Positions 16,403-25,243 of a stretch of 42,612 bases of DNA are shown here, one piece after another. Each line of letters starts with the position of its first letter. Position 1 is the stretch's first letter. This DNA comes from a virus (taxonomy: Duplodnaviria > Caudoviricetes), in IMG/VR virus record IMGVR_UViG_3300049171_000178, positions 1 to 42,612 of that record; one strand, written 5' to 3'. The notes under the pieces were generated by a model. It made no database searches and was not told the DNA's origin. It worked only from the letters and a program-made list of their open reading frames with translations. The position numbers were made by a program, and so were the translations under genes.

Positions 16403-18369
16403 GCCAGCCCCCAGCCCAGCATGGACGTCTCGATCCGGGGAGGCTCCACGGTGACGTTCCCCTCCGGCCGGGCCGACACGACCATGTTGCGCGGCGCATT
16501 GGCGAAGCGGACGTCGACGGAGAGCCGGCCACCAGCATCAGCGCGGGGCCCATCCAGGGGGCTCTGCGCTGGGGCCGCTGCCGGAGGAGCGGTAGCCGGT
16601 GCCGGTGCCGGTGCGGCAGGGCGGTTGAGCTGGGGCAGCAGGCCCTCCGCCGTCGCTCCTCGTGCGGCCGCCTCGCCGTAGCGGCCGGCCGGTCGCATGT
16701 TCTTCAGCGACATGATCCTGGCGGCTTCGGCCGCCGTCGTGGCTTGCCGAAGCGCCTGTCCGGCGAGGCGCAGCGATGTGTCGTTCCCCTGCGTCATTTC
16801 GTGGTTCAGGAACTCGCGCTGCTCTGCCGCCGTGCTCTCGCGAATGTCCTTGCCTGCCCAGCGGCGGAACGCCTCCTGTCGGCCTGCGCGCCGGTTCCAC
16901 TGGAAGGTGCCGAAGCTCGCGCCGTTGTCGCCGACGGCACGAGGGTCGAGGTTCGGGCCGCTCTCATGGACCCCATTGGCCACGATCCCCGCCGCGGCCT
17001 CAGGAGACCACCCCATCCGCCGGAAGTGCTCGAACGCCTCGCGCTGCGCGGCGGTCGGGGCGCCGCCTGATGTGCGGCCGCCGCTGCCACTCCCGCCGCC
17101 TGCGCCGCCCAGGCCGAAGAACGAGCGAATGCCCTGCCAGGCGCCGCCCACCACCTCGCCCGCAGGCCGGCCGCCGATCCGCCACCCGGATTGGCCGCTC
17201 TCCCGAAGCTGCGCCTGCCGGCGCGCCTCGTCATGCAGCCCTTTCCGGTCGACAAGGGCGTTCGCCCCGACGCCCGCCGCAAGAGCCGTCAGCGCCGGGA
17301 AGCGCGTGGCCGCGAAGAGCAGCGTCGCCGCGTTGACCCCGGTCAGGGCCTTCATTAGTCGCAGCCCGATAGCCAGGGTCAGCAGATCCGTCGCCGCCGT
17401 CCACCCGATGGTGGACTTGACGACACTGTCGATCCCGCGGCCCACCGTCAGCACGCGCCCGCTCACCTGCTCGACGCGCTCGCCTATCGCGGTCCCGGCC
17501 CATTCGCCGTTCGCGCGGGCCCATTTGGTCATGGCGACGCCGGCGCGCTCCATGGACGGGGCCATGGCCGAGCCGATGGTCAGCGCCAGCCGGTCGCCAT
17601 CCACGCGCAGGCTGTTCCACTGGTCGCCCAGCCGCTTCGCCTGCTCGGCTTCCTCCAGAGTGAAGGGGCGCCGTGTCTGGCCCTCTCGCAGCAGTGCAGC
17701 GACGCCAGCTCGCCCGCGCTGCAGGATCGGCAGCAAGTTCTCGACACCAAAGATCCGGGCATATTCCCGCTGCTCACGAGGCGCGTGGTTGAGCTTGGCA
17801 ACATTCTCCGCCAGGTCCCCAAACGCTTCGCTGGCCGTGCGGGCCCCGCCCGCGGCATTGCGGAGGTTAAGGGGCAGCCGCGAGAGCATGGAGGCTCCAA
17901 GCGCCTCTGCATTCCGCCCGCCCACCGCGTCGTACAGCACCTTGCCAAAGGAGCGCAGGCCATCCGTCGCGTCCTCAGCGCTCACGCCGGCGAGCTGCGC
18001 CCCCATCTGGAAGGCGTGCAGCTGCGGCACCGTCATCTGCAGGTCGCGCGCACCGCGTAGCAACTGCTTGCCCGTGGTGACGAAATTGGTGGCCATGGTG
18101 ACCGCCCCGGCCGCGACGCCGCCGGCTGCCAGAGGCACCGCAGCGAAGGCGACGCTGCGCGCCAGCGCCGTCGCAGACCCCGCCGCTGAGGCGAGGTGCG
18201 TGCTCATCCGGGACAGACCCGTGGCATCACCCAGCCGGCCGAAGGCCGCCGTCAGCTGCCGGGTCGGCTCGGCCACCGTCCCGAGGCGGTCCCGGACCGA
18301 GTTGATGGTCCCGGTGGCCTTATCGATCGCCGTGACTGTGACGGAGAGGGCGCCGATGCTCTCAGCCAT
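16399..18369 (-). CDS. Tape measure protein with C-terminal phage tail lysozyme domain
   Basis: Ala/Gly-rich helical body; GWSPEAAAGIVAN...ES...P.AVGDNG.SFG.FQWN lysozyme motif; synteny. Confidence 0.87.
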   Translation of the reverse strand: MAESIGALSVTVTAIDKATGTINSVRDRLGTVAEPTRQLTAAFGRLGDATGLSRMSTHLASAAGSATALARSVAFAAVPLAAGGVAAGAVTMATNFVTTGKQLLRGARDLQMTVPQLHAFQMGAQLAGVSAEDATDGLRSFGKVLYDAVGGRNAEALGASMLSRLPLNLRNAAGGARTASEAFGDLAENVAKLNHAPREQREYARIFGVENLLPILQRGRAGVAALLREGQTRRPFTLEEAEQAKRLGDQWNSLRVDGDRLALTIGSAMAPSMERAGVAMTKWARANGEWAGTAIGERVEQVSGRVLTVGRGIDSVVKSTIGWTAATDLLTLAIGLRLMKALTGVNAATLLFAATRFPALTALAAGVGANALVDRKGLHDEARRQAQLRESGQSGWRIGGRPAGEVVGGAWQGIRSFFGLGGAGGGSGSGGRTSGGAPTAAQREAFEHFRRMGWSPEAAAGIVANGVHESGPNLDPRAVGDNGASFGTFQWNRRAGRQEAFRRWAGKDIRESTAAEQREFLNHEMTQGNDTSLRLAGQALRQATTAAEAARIMSLKNMRPAGRYGEAAARGATAEGLLPQLNRPAAPAPAPATAPPAAAPAQSPLDGPRADAGGRLSVDVRFANAPRNMVVSARPEGNVTVEPPRIETSMLGWGLA

Positions 18370-18526
18370 TCCCGACGCCTCCCCTCTGCTTAATCCGTAC
18401 CGCCTGCGCGGCCCACCACCGGAGCCGGGTGGCGGTCATGTTCCACCCGGCCTCCGGCCCCCAGCTGAAGAACGCCGTCAGGTCGGCAATCAGCTCTTCG
18501 AGGTTGCCGGGGCGGGCACGGTGAAA
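18362..18526 (-). CDS. -1 frame extension of the tail assembly chaperone (gpGT/P2 E-prime-like)
   Basis: The -1 frame reads ...NLEELIADLTAFFSWGPEAGWNMTATRLRWWAAQAVRIKQRGGVGNG* and ends over the tape measure start; upper bound is the guessed shift site. Confidence 0.7.
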   Translation of the reverse strand, partial: FHRARPGNLEELIADLTAFFSWGPEAGWNMTATRLRWWAAQAVRIKQRGGVGNG

Positions 18527-18780
18527 CGCATGAAGAAGCGGTCCGCCTCCATGGTCTTGGAGATCGGGACCAGGCCCGCGACCGCGGCCGGGATCTTGCC
18601 GACGACATGCACCAGGTGCTGGATGCTGCGGATGCCGCCCTGGTCGGCCGCATCCGCGTACTGCTGCGTGGTCGGCTCGCGCAGCGTCACCTCATGGTAG
18701 TCCTTTCCGCTGAAGTGGATCGGCGGATCAAAGGTCAGGGTAAGGGTGGCCGGGGCGTTGTCCTCGGTTGCGTCGCTCAT
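18490..18780 (-). CDS. Tail assembly chaperone (Mu gp41-like)
   Basis: TL.F..PI.F.G....EVTLREPT motif; lies between tube and tape measure. Confidence 0.85.
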   Translation of the reverse strand: MSDATEDNAPATLTLTFDPPIHFSGKDYHEVTLREPTTQQYADAADQGGIRSIQHLVHVVGKIPAAVAGLVPISKTMEADRFFMRFTVPAPATSKS

Positions 18781-18783
18781 GGG

Positions 18784-19155
18784 CTACTCCTCCACCTCCA
18801 CATTGTCGCCATGGAACTCGAGGTCGAAGGTGGCATCGGCGCTGTTCACCTCGACCGCCGTGACGTTCCACATGCCCGTGCCCGTGACGATCTTGCCGTT
18901 GTTGAGCCGAAGCTCGACCGTCACGTCGGACATGTCCTGGAAGCCGGAGATGCCGATGCCAGCCATGTCGCGGCACTGGAACTTGATCATCCCGGGCTGC
19001 GGCTTCTCGCTGAAGCCGTGGACGCCATCCTCGCCGGTCATGGTCTCGCGGATCACGTTCGACGGGCGGTAGCCGGGATTGCCGGCGACGGGCAGGCTGA
19101 CCCCGTCCACCGTGGCGAACGAGGTGCCGGAAATCCGGCGCATGCTTTCGGACAT
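18784..19155 (-). CDS. Tail tube protein (Mu gpM-like)
   Basis: RISGT.F.TVDG, RET..G.DGVHGFSEKP, EL.LNNGK. Confidence 0.92.
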   Translation of the reverse strand: MSESMRRISGTSFATVDGVSLPVAGNPGYRPSNVIRETMTGEDGVHGFSEKPQPGMIKFQCRDMAGIGISGFQDMSDVTVELRLNNGKIVTGTGMWNVTAVEVNSADATFDLEFHGDNVEVEE

Positions 19156-19167
19156 CGTCCGTCCTCC

Positions 19168-20649
19168 TTACAGGGCGCCGGCGACGCCGACGGCGTCCCG
19201 GAGCTGCGCCTGGATGGCCACCTGACGCAGCTGGTCGATCGGCACGATCGGCAGCACGCCATTCACCCGGCACCGGTTCTGGCTGTCCCGCTCGACCACC
19301 AATGCCCGGGCGAAGGCATCGCTGTTCTGCACCAGCCCGTCCCGCTCCATGCTGCGGTACTGAACCGAGATGGCTCGCCGGATCATGCCGGGCGTGACGA
19401 TGCGATTGCCCGGACGGAAGGTCGTCCCATCGTCCGCCAGCTTCATGCGCGGATAGGTGCTCTCCACGAAGGTGCGGAGGCGGCGCAGGATGGCGGCGGT
19501 GAGGTAGAGCCGCTCCACGTCCAGAAGGCTGTCGTCTGGCTGGCCGAAGGCGTTCCGCTGCGAGGTGGTGATCAGCCGCTCAATCCGGCACGTCCCATCC
19601 GCGTCGACGGTGAAGGTGCCGATCCCCGAGAACAGCAGGGCGTTGCGGTCCCCAAGGCTCCAGCGCTTCTCCAGCGGCGGCGGCTGGACGTTGAGGGCCA
19701 CCGTCTGCAGCGGCAGGCCCGGGTCCGCCCTGAGGCTGACCGCCGCCGCAGCGGTGATGTCGGCCGCCCAGATCCAGCCCGGCTCGGGCGCGCTGTCCAC
19801 GCCCATGAGGCAGACATGCGGGTCGTTCCGCGCGGCGCCGATGGTGGTGACCCCGCCGAGGGTGCCGCGCACGCAGGCGAAGGCGCCCCCATAGAGCATC
19901 TTCGACCAGGCCCAGCGGGTCGCCAGGTGCGCCTTCACGGCGTCCAGGCTAGACGTGTCCGTGAAAGGCAGGGCGATGAAGTCGAAGTCGTTGTCGCCGA
20001 GCACCGCCAGCGCATTGGTCAGGCCCGTCACAGGGTTCCCCGCGCCGCCGGTGGGCTGCGCGACGGTGACCGCCAGGCCGGGCGGCTGAGCGTCATCGGT
20101 GGTGGTGACCGTGATCTCGTTCCCGGCCAGCCCCTTGTTCTTCGCCGTGATGGTCACAGCGTTGGTCGCGGCCGAGGCCGTCACCGGCAGATCCGGCAGA
20201 GCGTTGATGGCGGTGGCGAGTGCCGTCGCGATCTGCGCCGGCGTCTGCGCGGCTGAGACCGGCACTGCCACGCGCTGCCCGGCAATCTTGCGCACGAAGG
20301 TGCCGGCGGCGTTCGGCGCGGCCGTGACCGTGAGCGTCCCGGCGGCCGCCGTGGCGGCAGCGTCGTCCGCCAGGGGAAGCAGATAGACCGGCCCGAAGTC
20401 GTCGCGGGCGCGGTACTTCTCCAGCATGAGCGCCGCCATGGAGCCCTGGCCGGCGGTCTGCTTCGCCCAGCCGACGCCCTCGCTCAGCACGGGCACGCCC
20501 GGGGTGAGCGTGCCAGCGCCGAGCTGCTGGGCGATGATCAGCGTCTTCGGGAGGCGACCGCCTCGGTTGGCGCCGGTGGCGTCCAGCTCGGCGAAGAACA
20601 GCGGAACGCGGAGTGCGCCGCCGGCGGGAATTTCGTTGAACGAGACCAC
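19168..20649 (-). CDS. Contractile tail sheath (Mu gpL-like)
   Basis: VSFNEIP...LRVPLFFAE, G.GSM, LTAKNKG-like, DP..PLQT, RN.LL.SGI.T, KLADDGT. Confidence 0.95.
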   Translation of the reverse strand: MVSFNEIPAGGALRVPLFFAELDATGANRGGRLPKTLIIAQQLGAGTLTPGVPVLSEGVGWAKQTAGQGSMAALMLEKYRARDDFGPVYLLPLADDAAATAAAGTLTVTAAPNAAGTFVRKIAGQRVAVPVSAAQTPAQIATALATAINALPDLPVTASAATNAVTITAKNKGLAGNEITVTTTDDAQPPGLAVTVAQPTGGAGNPVTGLTNALAVLGDNDFDFIALPFTDTSSLDAVKAHLATRWAWSKMLYGGAFACVRGTLGGVTTIGAARNDPHVCLMGVDSAPEPGWIWAADITAAAAVSLRADPGLPLQTVALNVQPPPLEKRWSLGDRNALLFSGIGTFTVDADGTCRIERLITTSQRNAFGQPDDSLLDVERLYLTAAILRRLRTFVESTYPRMKLADDGTTFRPGNRIVTPGMIRRAISVQYRSMERDGLVQNSDAFARALVVERDSQNRCRVNGVLPIVPIDQLRQVAIQAQLRDAVGVAGAL

Positions 20650-20655
20650 GGGCCG

Positions 20656-20874
20656 TTACTCCTTCGGCAGAACGGGCGCGTCGGCGGCGCGTTGTGGGGC
20701 GCCGGCCTCGGGCTTGGGCCTGGGCTCCCGCGGCGCCTCAGCCTCCTTCACGTCCCCGTCGATCAGCCGGCGGGTCCAGTACTCGGACGGGGTCACCTCG
20801 CGACCCTCTTTCGGGAGGTAGTCACGCAGCTCCGGGTCCGGCACCTGCAGGCCCTTGGCGGGCTTCACGTACAT
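20656..20874 (-). CDS. DUF2635 family protein (Mu gp38-like)
   Basis: MYVKPAKGLQVPDP...LP.EGREV....YW.RRL.DGDV. Confidence 0.88.
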   Translation of the reverse strand: MYVKPAKGLQVPDPELRDYLPKEGREVTPSEYWTRRLIDGDVKEAEAPREPRPKPEAGAPQRAADAPVLPKE

Positions 20875-20883
20875 GGCGGGCTC

Positions 20884-21426
20884 CTACGGGTTCGGGATGG
20901 AAGGATCAGAGAGGCCGATGGTGACCTCGTCACATTCGGAGGTGTCGGGCTTAGCCATGGTGAAGACCTCAGCCCAGACCAGCTGGAACTCGATGGTGGC
21001 CTCGGCCTCGGCGAACCTGTCCTTCTGCTCGGCCGTGATCTGCGTCGTCACGGCGGCGCAGCGCTCCAGCTTGCCGTCCTCGGGACTGAAAAGCTTCGCC
21101 GAGCGCAGGATGGTCCGCTCGACCTGGCCAGTGATGCCCTCGCACTGCGCCTCGGCGGCTTCGGCGTCGGCGTTCTCCGTCAGCACCTTGATGACCATGG
21201 CAGAGGTGACGCGGAACTGGTGCTGCCAGCCGCCCTCGTTCAGCAGATCCTTCTTCTCGGCATAGCCGTAGATCAGGAGGGCAGGCTTGGCGTCGCTGCC
21301 CACCGGCAGGACCCGCGCGCGGAAGACCCGTCCGCCCAGATCAGGGATGGACAGGCGGAGGATCTCGGCGACGGTGTTGCGGACATCGGCGCGCCAACCG
21401 GGTCCGGAAGGGACGGAACCACTCAT
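20884..21426 (-). CDS. Putative tail terminator/neck protein
   Basis: Synteny; GRVF..R..P......PALLIY motif; start reset to 21426 (ATGA overlap). Confidence 0.65.
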   Translation of the reverse strand: MSGSVPSGPGWRADVRNTVAEILRLSIPDLGGRVFRARVLPVGSDAKPALLIYGYAEKKDLLNEGGWQHQFRVTSAMVIKVLTENADAEAAEAQCEGITGQVERTILRSAKLFSPEDGKLERCAAVTTQITAEQKDRFAEAEATIEFQLVWAEVFTMAKPDTSECDEVTIGLSDPSIPNP

Positions 21427-21755
21427 GCGGCAGCGCCCAGGGGCATGTCGTGCCACCCGCTCGCGTCGCTCTGGACGTCCAACACACGGGACGGCTCACA
21501 GTCGATCATCACCAGGGCGCCCTGCTCGGGCTCGACGCCGTCCGGGAAGTCAGAGGCGAGGAGGCGCAGGACGTCGCGCGTCTGGACGATCCCGCCCGTG
21601 TCCTCGGCGTCCGGTCCCAGCGGGACCGGCACCTTGAGCATGAGCCCGGTCAGATCGGTCAGTTCCACCATCTGATCCGGGGAGATGTAGGTGACCGGCT
21701 TGCCGAACGTCTCGAGATTGGCCTCAAGCGCCAGCAAGCCGGGGTTCAGGGACAC
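21423..21755 (-). CDS. Putative head closure/head-tail joining protein (gpFII-like)
   Basis: ETFG.PVTY, P.QG..V.I......V.DVQ.D.SGW pattern; synteny. Confidence 0.7.
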   Translation of the reverse strand: MSLNPGLLALEANLETFGKPVTYISPDQMVELTDLTGLMLKVPVPLGPDAEDTGGIVQTRDVLRLLASDFPDGVEPEQGALVMIDCEPSRVLDVQSDASGWHDMPLGAAA

Positions 21756-21760
21756 GGCCG

Positions 21761-22222
21761 TTAGTCTTCCGGGCTGTGATTTTCGACGCGCTGCACGGCC
21801 TCGTCGGCCTTGCCCTCGCCGATCTTGGCCGTGGTGTCCTTGATCGCCTCGTCATAGGGGCTGACGGCGCTCGCGGCCTCGCCCGGCCAGCGTGCCAGGC
21901 CGAGGTCCACCAGCCGGCGGGCCTCCTTCTCCGGCAGGTCGCATTCTGCACCCGGTGCGATCGTCTCCGGCTCCGTGGGCGTACCGCCCAGGAAGGAGCC
22001 GACGGCGACGACGCGCCTGGTCGGGCCGGGCTGCGCCGCAGCGGGCGGCGTCTCGACCTTCACCGTGGCGCCACTCGGGACGGTCGCGGCCGGGGCGGAG
22101 GCGGCAGTGGCCGGCGCGGCGGCAGGGGCAGCGGCGGGGGCGCTGGCAGGGGTGGCCGGCGCCGCGACCGTTGAACGGGAGCCGTCACCGGTCGCGCTCT
22201 GGCTGCGTGGGGTCTGGGCCAT
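21761..22222 (-). CDS. Hypothetical head-module protein with Ala/Pro-rich N-terminus (gpFI position)
   Basis: Directly after the major capsid gene; PG....L...EA.RLV.LG.A motif. Confidence 0.65.
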   Translation of the reverse strand: MAQTPRSQSATGDGSRSTVAAPATPASAPAAAPAAAPATAASAPAATVPSGATVKVETPPAAAQPGPTRRVVAVGSFLGGTPTEPETIAPGAECDLPEKEARRLVDLGLARWPGEAASAVSPYDEAIKDTTAKIGEGKADEAVQRVENHSPED

Positions 22223-22223
22223 G

Positions 22224-23249
22224 TCAGATCACCATCATCGAGGCGGAGGCGTCGGGCCGGAACGGCACGACGATGGGAGCGGACTGCATCATCAGCAGTC
22301 GCTGGGCGGGGTCCTCGGTCAGCCAGGACTTCGGCGCGAACTCCATGGGCTGGTAGTTGAACTTCGGGTCCTTGATCAGGCCGTGCATGCGGCGGCCTTC
22401 GATCGCGGCCGAGCCCAGGATCACCGTGCCGTCCGGCAGGAAAGGCTTCAGCTGCCCGTCCACGGGGTCGGTGTACCAGTCGTTGAAGAGCCAGAGGCGG
22501 TAGCTGCCCCAGGTGCCCTTGAACATGCCGCCCTGCGCCACACCGCCGCCCAGCGCGATCGAGACGTCCGTGTTGTTCGGCGACTGGATGGCGTCCTTGA
22601 CGAAGGGATCAGTGCGGAACTTACGCCAGGCGCCGGGGGTGAAGACGACATCGGTCACCGCCGCGCCCGACTTCTGCATGACCAGCGTGACCGCATCCTC
22701 GATCGTGTCGCCCGGGATGACGCCGGTCTGGCCCCAGCGCGCGTCACCGGTCAGCGCGATGGTCAACGCGGCATCGCGCTGGAAATTCACCACCGTCGTC
22801 GGGAAGCCCTCGCCGGTGATGGTGACGGTGCCAGCGCGCAGCGCACTGGCCGCCATCCACTCCATGCGGCGGACGATCATGTCGATCTGATCCGCCATCT
22901 CCAGCGCGAGGTTCGCTTCCTCGCGCTGGGCGCCGGTCAGTTCGCCGGCGCCGATCGCCTCGCCGATCGCGCGCCGCACCGGCTTCAGCAGGTCGGGCGC
23001 CCGCTTGTCCTTGATGTAGGCGGGCTTGAAGAGGTTCGTGGTGTAGCCCACGCCCTCGACCAGCTTGCCCTCGACCAGCGGGGAGCAAAACGGCGCAAGA
23101 CGCCGGTTCCCCTTCTCGATGTCGATCGCGACCTCCTCGGTGGTGGCCGTGATGACGTTCGGGAAGAAAGTGTCGAGCAGGAAGCTCTTCGGCCGCATGA
23201 GGGAGCGAACCACCCCCACCAGCACAACGGGATCATAGATGCCGGGCAT
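22224..23249 (-). CDS. Major capsid protein, lambda gpE family
   Basis: FLLDTFFP, RRLAPFCSP.VEG, FKPAYIKDK, RR.EWMAA.AL..G, PKSW..EDP, QSAP. Confidence 0.95.
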   Translation of the reverse strand: MPGIYDPVVLVGVVRSLMRPKSFLLDTFFPNVITATTEEVAIDIEKGNRRLAPFCSPLVEGKLVEGVGYTTNLFKPAYIKDKRAPDLLKPVRRAIGEAIGAGELTGAQREEANLALEMADQIDMIVRRMEWMAASALRAGTVTITGEGFPTTVVNFQRDAALTIALTGDARWGQTGVIPGDTIEDAVTLVMQKSGAAVTDVVFTPGAWRKFRTDPFVKDAIQSPNNTDVSIALGGGVAQGGMFKGTWGSYRLWLFNDWYTDPVDGQLKPFLPDGTVILGSAAIEGRRMHGLIKDPKFNYQPMEFAPKSWLTEDPAQRLLMMQSAPIVVPFRPDASASMMVI

Positions 23250-23276
23250 GGCCGGTGCTCTCCTTCAGGCTGCCGG

Positions 23277-23663
23277 TCAGGCCGGGATGGGGGTCTTCAG
23301 GTAGATGCCGCGCGCGCGCAGCCCCGCCTTCACGGACGCGGCCGAGTGGCCGGTGCCGTAGATGATGGCGTTCTCGTTGAACTCGCCCGCGACGTAGATG
23401 CCGGCGGTCACGTCGGCCGAGGCGGCGGGGGCATAGTCCACCAGGATGGCGACCGGGGTCTGGCTGCCGTCATTGGAGGCGGTGAGCGACTGGGTGAACT
23501 TGCCGCTGGCGGTGATCACGCCGAGCAGCGTGCCGCGCTCCAGGTTGGCACCAGCCGCAATGACGGCGGTCTCGGTGATGAGATCAGCCGAGCCGGCGAT
23601 GAGCCGGTCCGGGTTGTAGGTCTCCGAGCGGAAGCCCGGGACCTGCGGAGGGTTGGCGGCCAT
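23277..23663 (-). CDS. Head decoration protein (lambda gpD-like)
   Basis: L.RGT.LG.ITASGK, DGSQTP.AIL, Y..GEFN motifs. Confidence 0.9.
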   Translation of the reverse strand: MAANPPQVPGFRSETYNPDRLIAGSADLITETAVIAAGANLERGTLLGVITASGKFTQSLTASNDGSQTPVAILVDYAPAASADVTAGIYVAGEFNENAIIYGTGHSAASVKAGLRARGIYLKTPIPA

Positions 23664-23675
23664 GGTGGGCTCCTT

Positions 23676-24293
23676 TCAGCGCTTCGCGGGGACGACGCCG
23701 ACGGCGCGGCCGGCGGCGGTGATGCGGTCGATGATCGCCTGGGCGCTGCCCTCCGGCGCGGCGCCGCCGCCCTGAGCCCCGCCGGCGAGCGGCGGGTGCG
23801 GCTGGCGCTGCATGCGCTGGTCCAGCCCGCCCTTGCGCGGTGCGCCAGCCCCAGCGGCACCAGCACGCAGCAGCGCCACGGCCTGCTTCACGGGCACGTC
23901 GCTCTCGAAGGCGAGGCTGGCGGCGAGCGCCGGATTAGAGGCGGCCTCCTGGGCGCCGAAGATCGCGGCGCCGCGGGCGCGCTCGGCCTTGGCGCCAGCG
24001 CGACGGCCGGCCTGCCAGGCCTTCTTCGCGACGGGCTCCTCCGGCTCCGCGTCCGTGTCCTCGGTGGTCTCGGTGCCTTCGAGCGCCTCGATGCGCTCCT
24101 CCAGCTCGTCCACCTTGTCCTTCGTCTCGTCCACCTCTTCCTGGACCTCCTCCACCTCCTCGGTGGTAGCGGGGGCGCCCTCGGTGGTCGTGGTGTCAGC
24201 GGGCGGCCCCTCGTCCTCCACGGCCTTGGTACGGCGGGCGCCGACCAGGTGCGCAAACGCGCTCACCCGGCCCGCCAGCGAGCGGTTCGACAT
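23676..24293 (-). CDS. Capsid scaffolding protein (Nu3-like, separate gene)
   Basis: Acidic coiled-coil stretch, AERAR.AAIF, LA..LAF; lies between protease and decoration genes. Confidence 0.65.
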   Translation of the reverse strand: MSNRSLAGRVSAFAHLVGARRTKAVEDEGPPADTTTTEGAPATTEEVEEVQEEVDETKDKVDELEERIEALEGTETTEDTDAEPEEPVAKKAWQAGRRAGAKAERARGAAIFGAQEAASNPALAASLAFESDVPVKQAVALLRAGAAGAGAPRKGGLDQRMQRQPHPPLAGGAQGGGAAPEGSAQAIIDRITAAGRAVGVVPAKR

Positions 24294-24337
24294 CGTCGGT
24301 TCCTTCCGGAATGGCGGGCGCGGAATGCGCCGCCGGG

Positions 24338-25243
24338 TTACGCGGGCTGGCGCGCGTCCAGCTGCGCGAACAGGGCCGTCATCGCCTCATCCGGCGACAT
24401 GACGGCATCGGCGAGGCCCAGGCTCACGCCCTGAGTGCCGAGGTAGTAATCGCCCTGCTGGGCGCGCACAGCAGCGACGGATAGGCCGCGGTTGCGGGCC
24501 ACCGTCTCGTGGAAGAGGGTGGCCATGCTGTCCACGTCGCGCTGCAGGCGCTCCAGCAGGTCGCGCTTCACGCCGCGATAGGACTGCACCGTCTCCAGCA
24601 TCTTCTTCTCGCCGGACCGGATGAAGTGCACCTCCAGCCCGTCCGCGCGGATGGCGCGGGAATAGTCCACCAGCATCGTCACGATGCCGACGCTGCCCAC
24701 CCCGCCGGTGCGGGGCACGGTGATGTAGTCGCAGGCGCTGGCGATGGCGTAGGCGGCCGAATAGGCGCACTCCGCGCAGATGGCCCAGGTCGGCTTGCGG
24801 CCCTTGTTCGCGTGGATCAGGTCCACGAAGTCGAAGCAGCCCGCGACCTCACCGCCACCGCTGTTCTGATCGAATACGATGGCCTCGACGCCCGGATCCT
24901 CCAGCGCGGTCAGGTAGTTCTCCCGCAGCCCGTCATAGCCGGTCATACCGGAGTAGGGGCGCAGGGTGCCGGTCTTCTGGACCAGCATCCCTTCGACCTG
25001 GATCACTGCCACGCCCTCGACCATGTCGTACCCGACGCGGCGCGGCCTGGCCTCCTCATCGAAGCCCAGGCAGTCATCATCTTCGAAGGCGCCCATCTCG
25101 CCGCCGTCGGCACGGATCACGCGGGCAACGCCCATCCGCTCGGCGAGCGCTGCCAGCGCGATTTCCGCTTTGCGAGGATGTAGCGCCAGAGGGGTATTGA
25201 AGATCCGCTGAGCGAGGCTCGGGAACAGGTCGGGACCGCTCAT
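24338..25243 (-). CDS. Prohead protease, S49 family (lambda gpC-like)
   Basis: GVAVI.V.G.LV, NSGGGEV.G, A.SAAY.IASA, TGGVGSVG, VARNRGL. Confidence 0.93.
   Translation of the reverse strand: MSGPDLFPSLAQRIFNTPLALHPRKAEIALAALAERMGVARVIRADGGEMGAFEDDDCLGFDEEARPRRVGYDMVEGVAVIQVEGMLVQKTGTLRPYSGMTGYDGLRENYLTALEDPGVEAIVFDQNSGGGEVAGCFDFVDLIHANKGRKPTWAICAECAYSAAYAIASACDYITVPRTGGVGSVGIVTMLVDYSRAIRADGLEVHFIRSGEKKMLETVQSYRGVKRDLLERLQRDVDSMATLFHETVARNRGLSVAAVRAQQGDYYLGTQGVSLGLADAVMSPDEAMTALFAQLDARQPA

Noticed and set aside
22060-22170. Low-complexity GC repeats
   Set aside because: Explained by an Ala/Pro-rich protein linker
16697-24434. Long + strand ORFs (667, 549, 327, 819 aa) and many other overlapping ORFs in the track
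   Set aside because: Antisense shadows of high-GC structural genes; no motifs, Arg/Ala/Pro-biased
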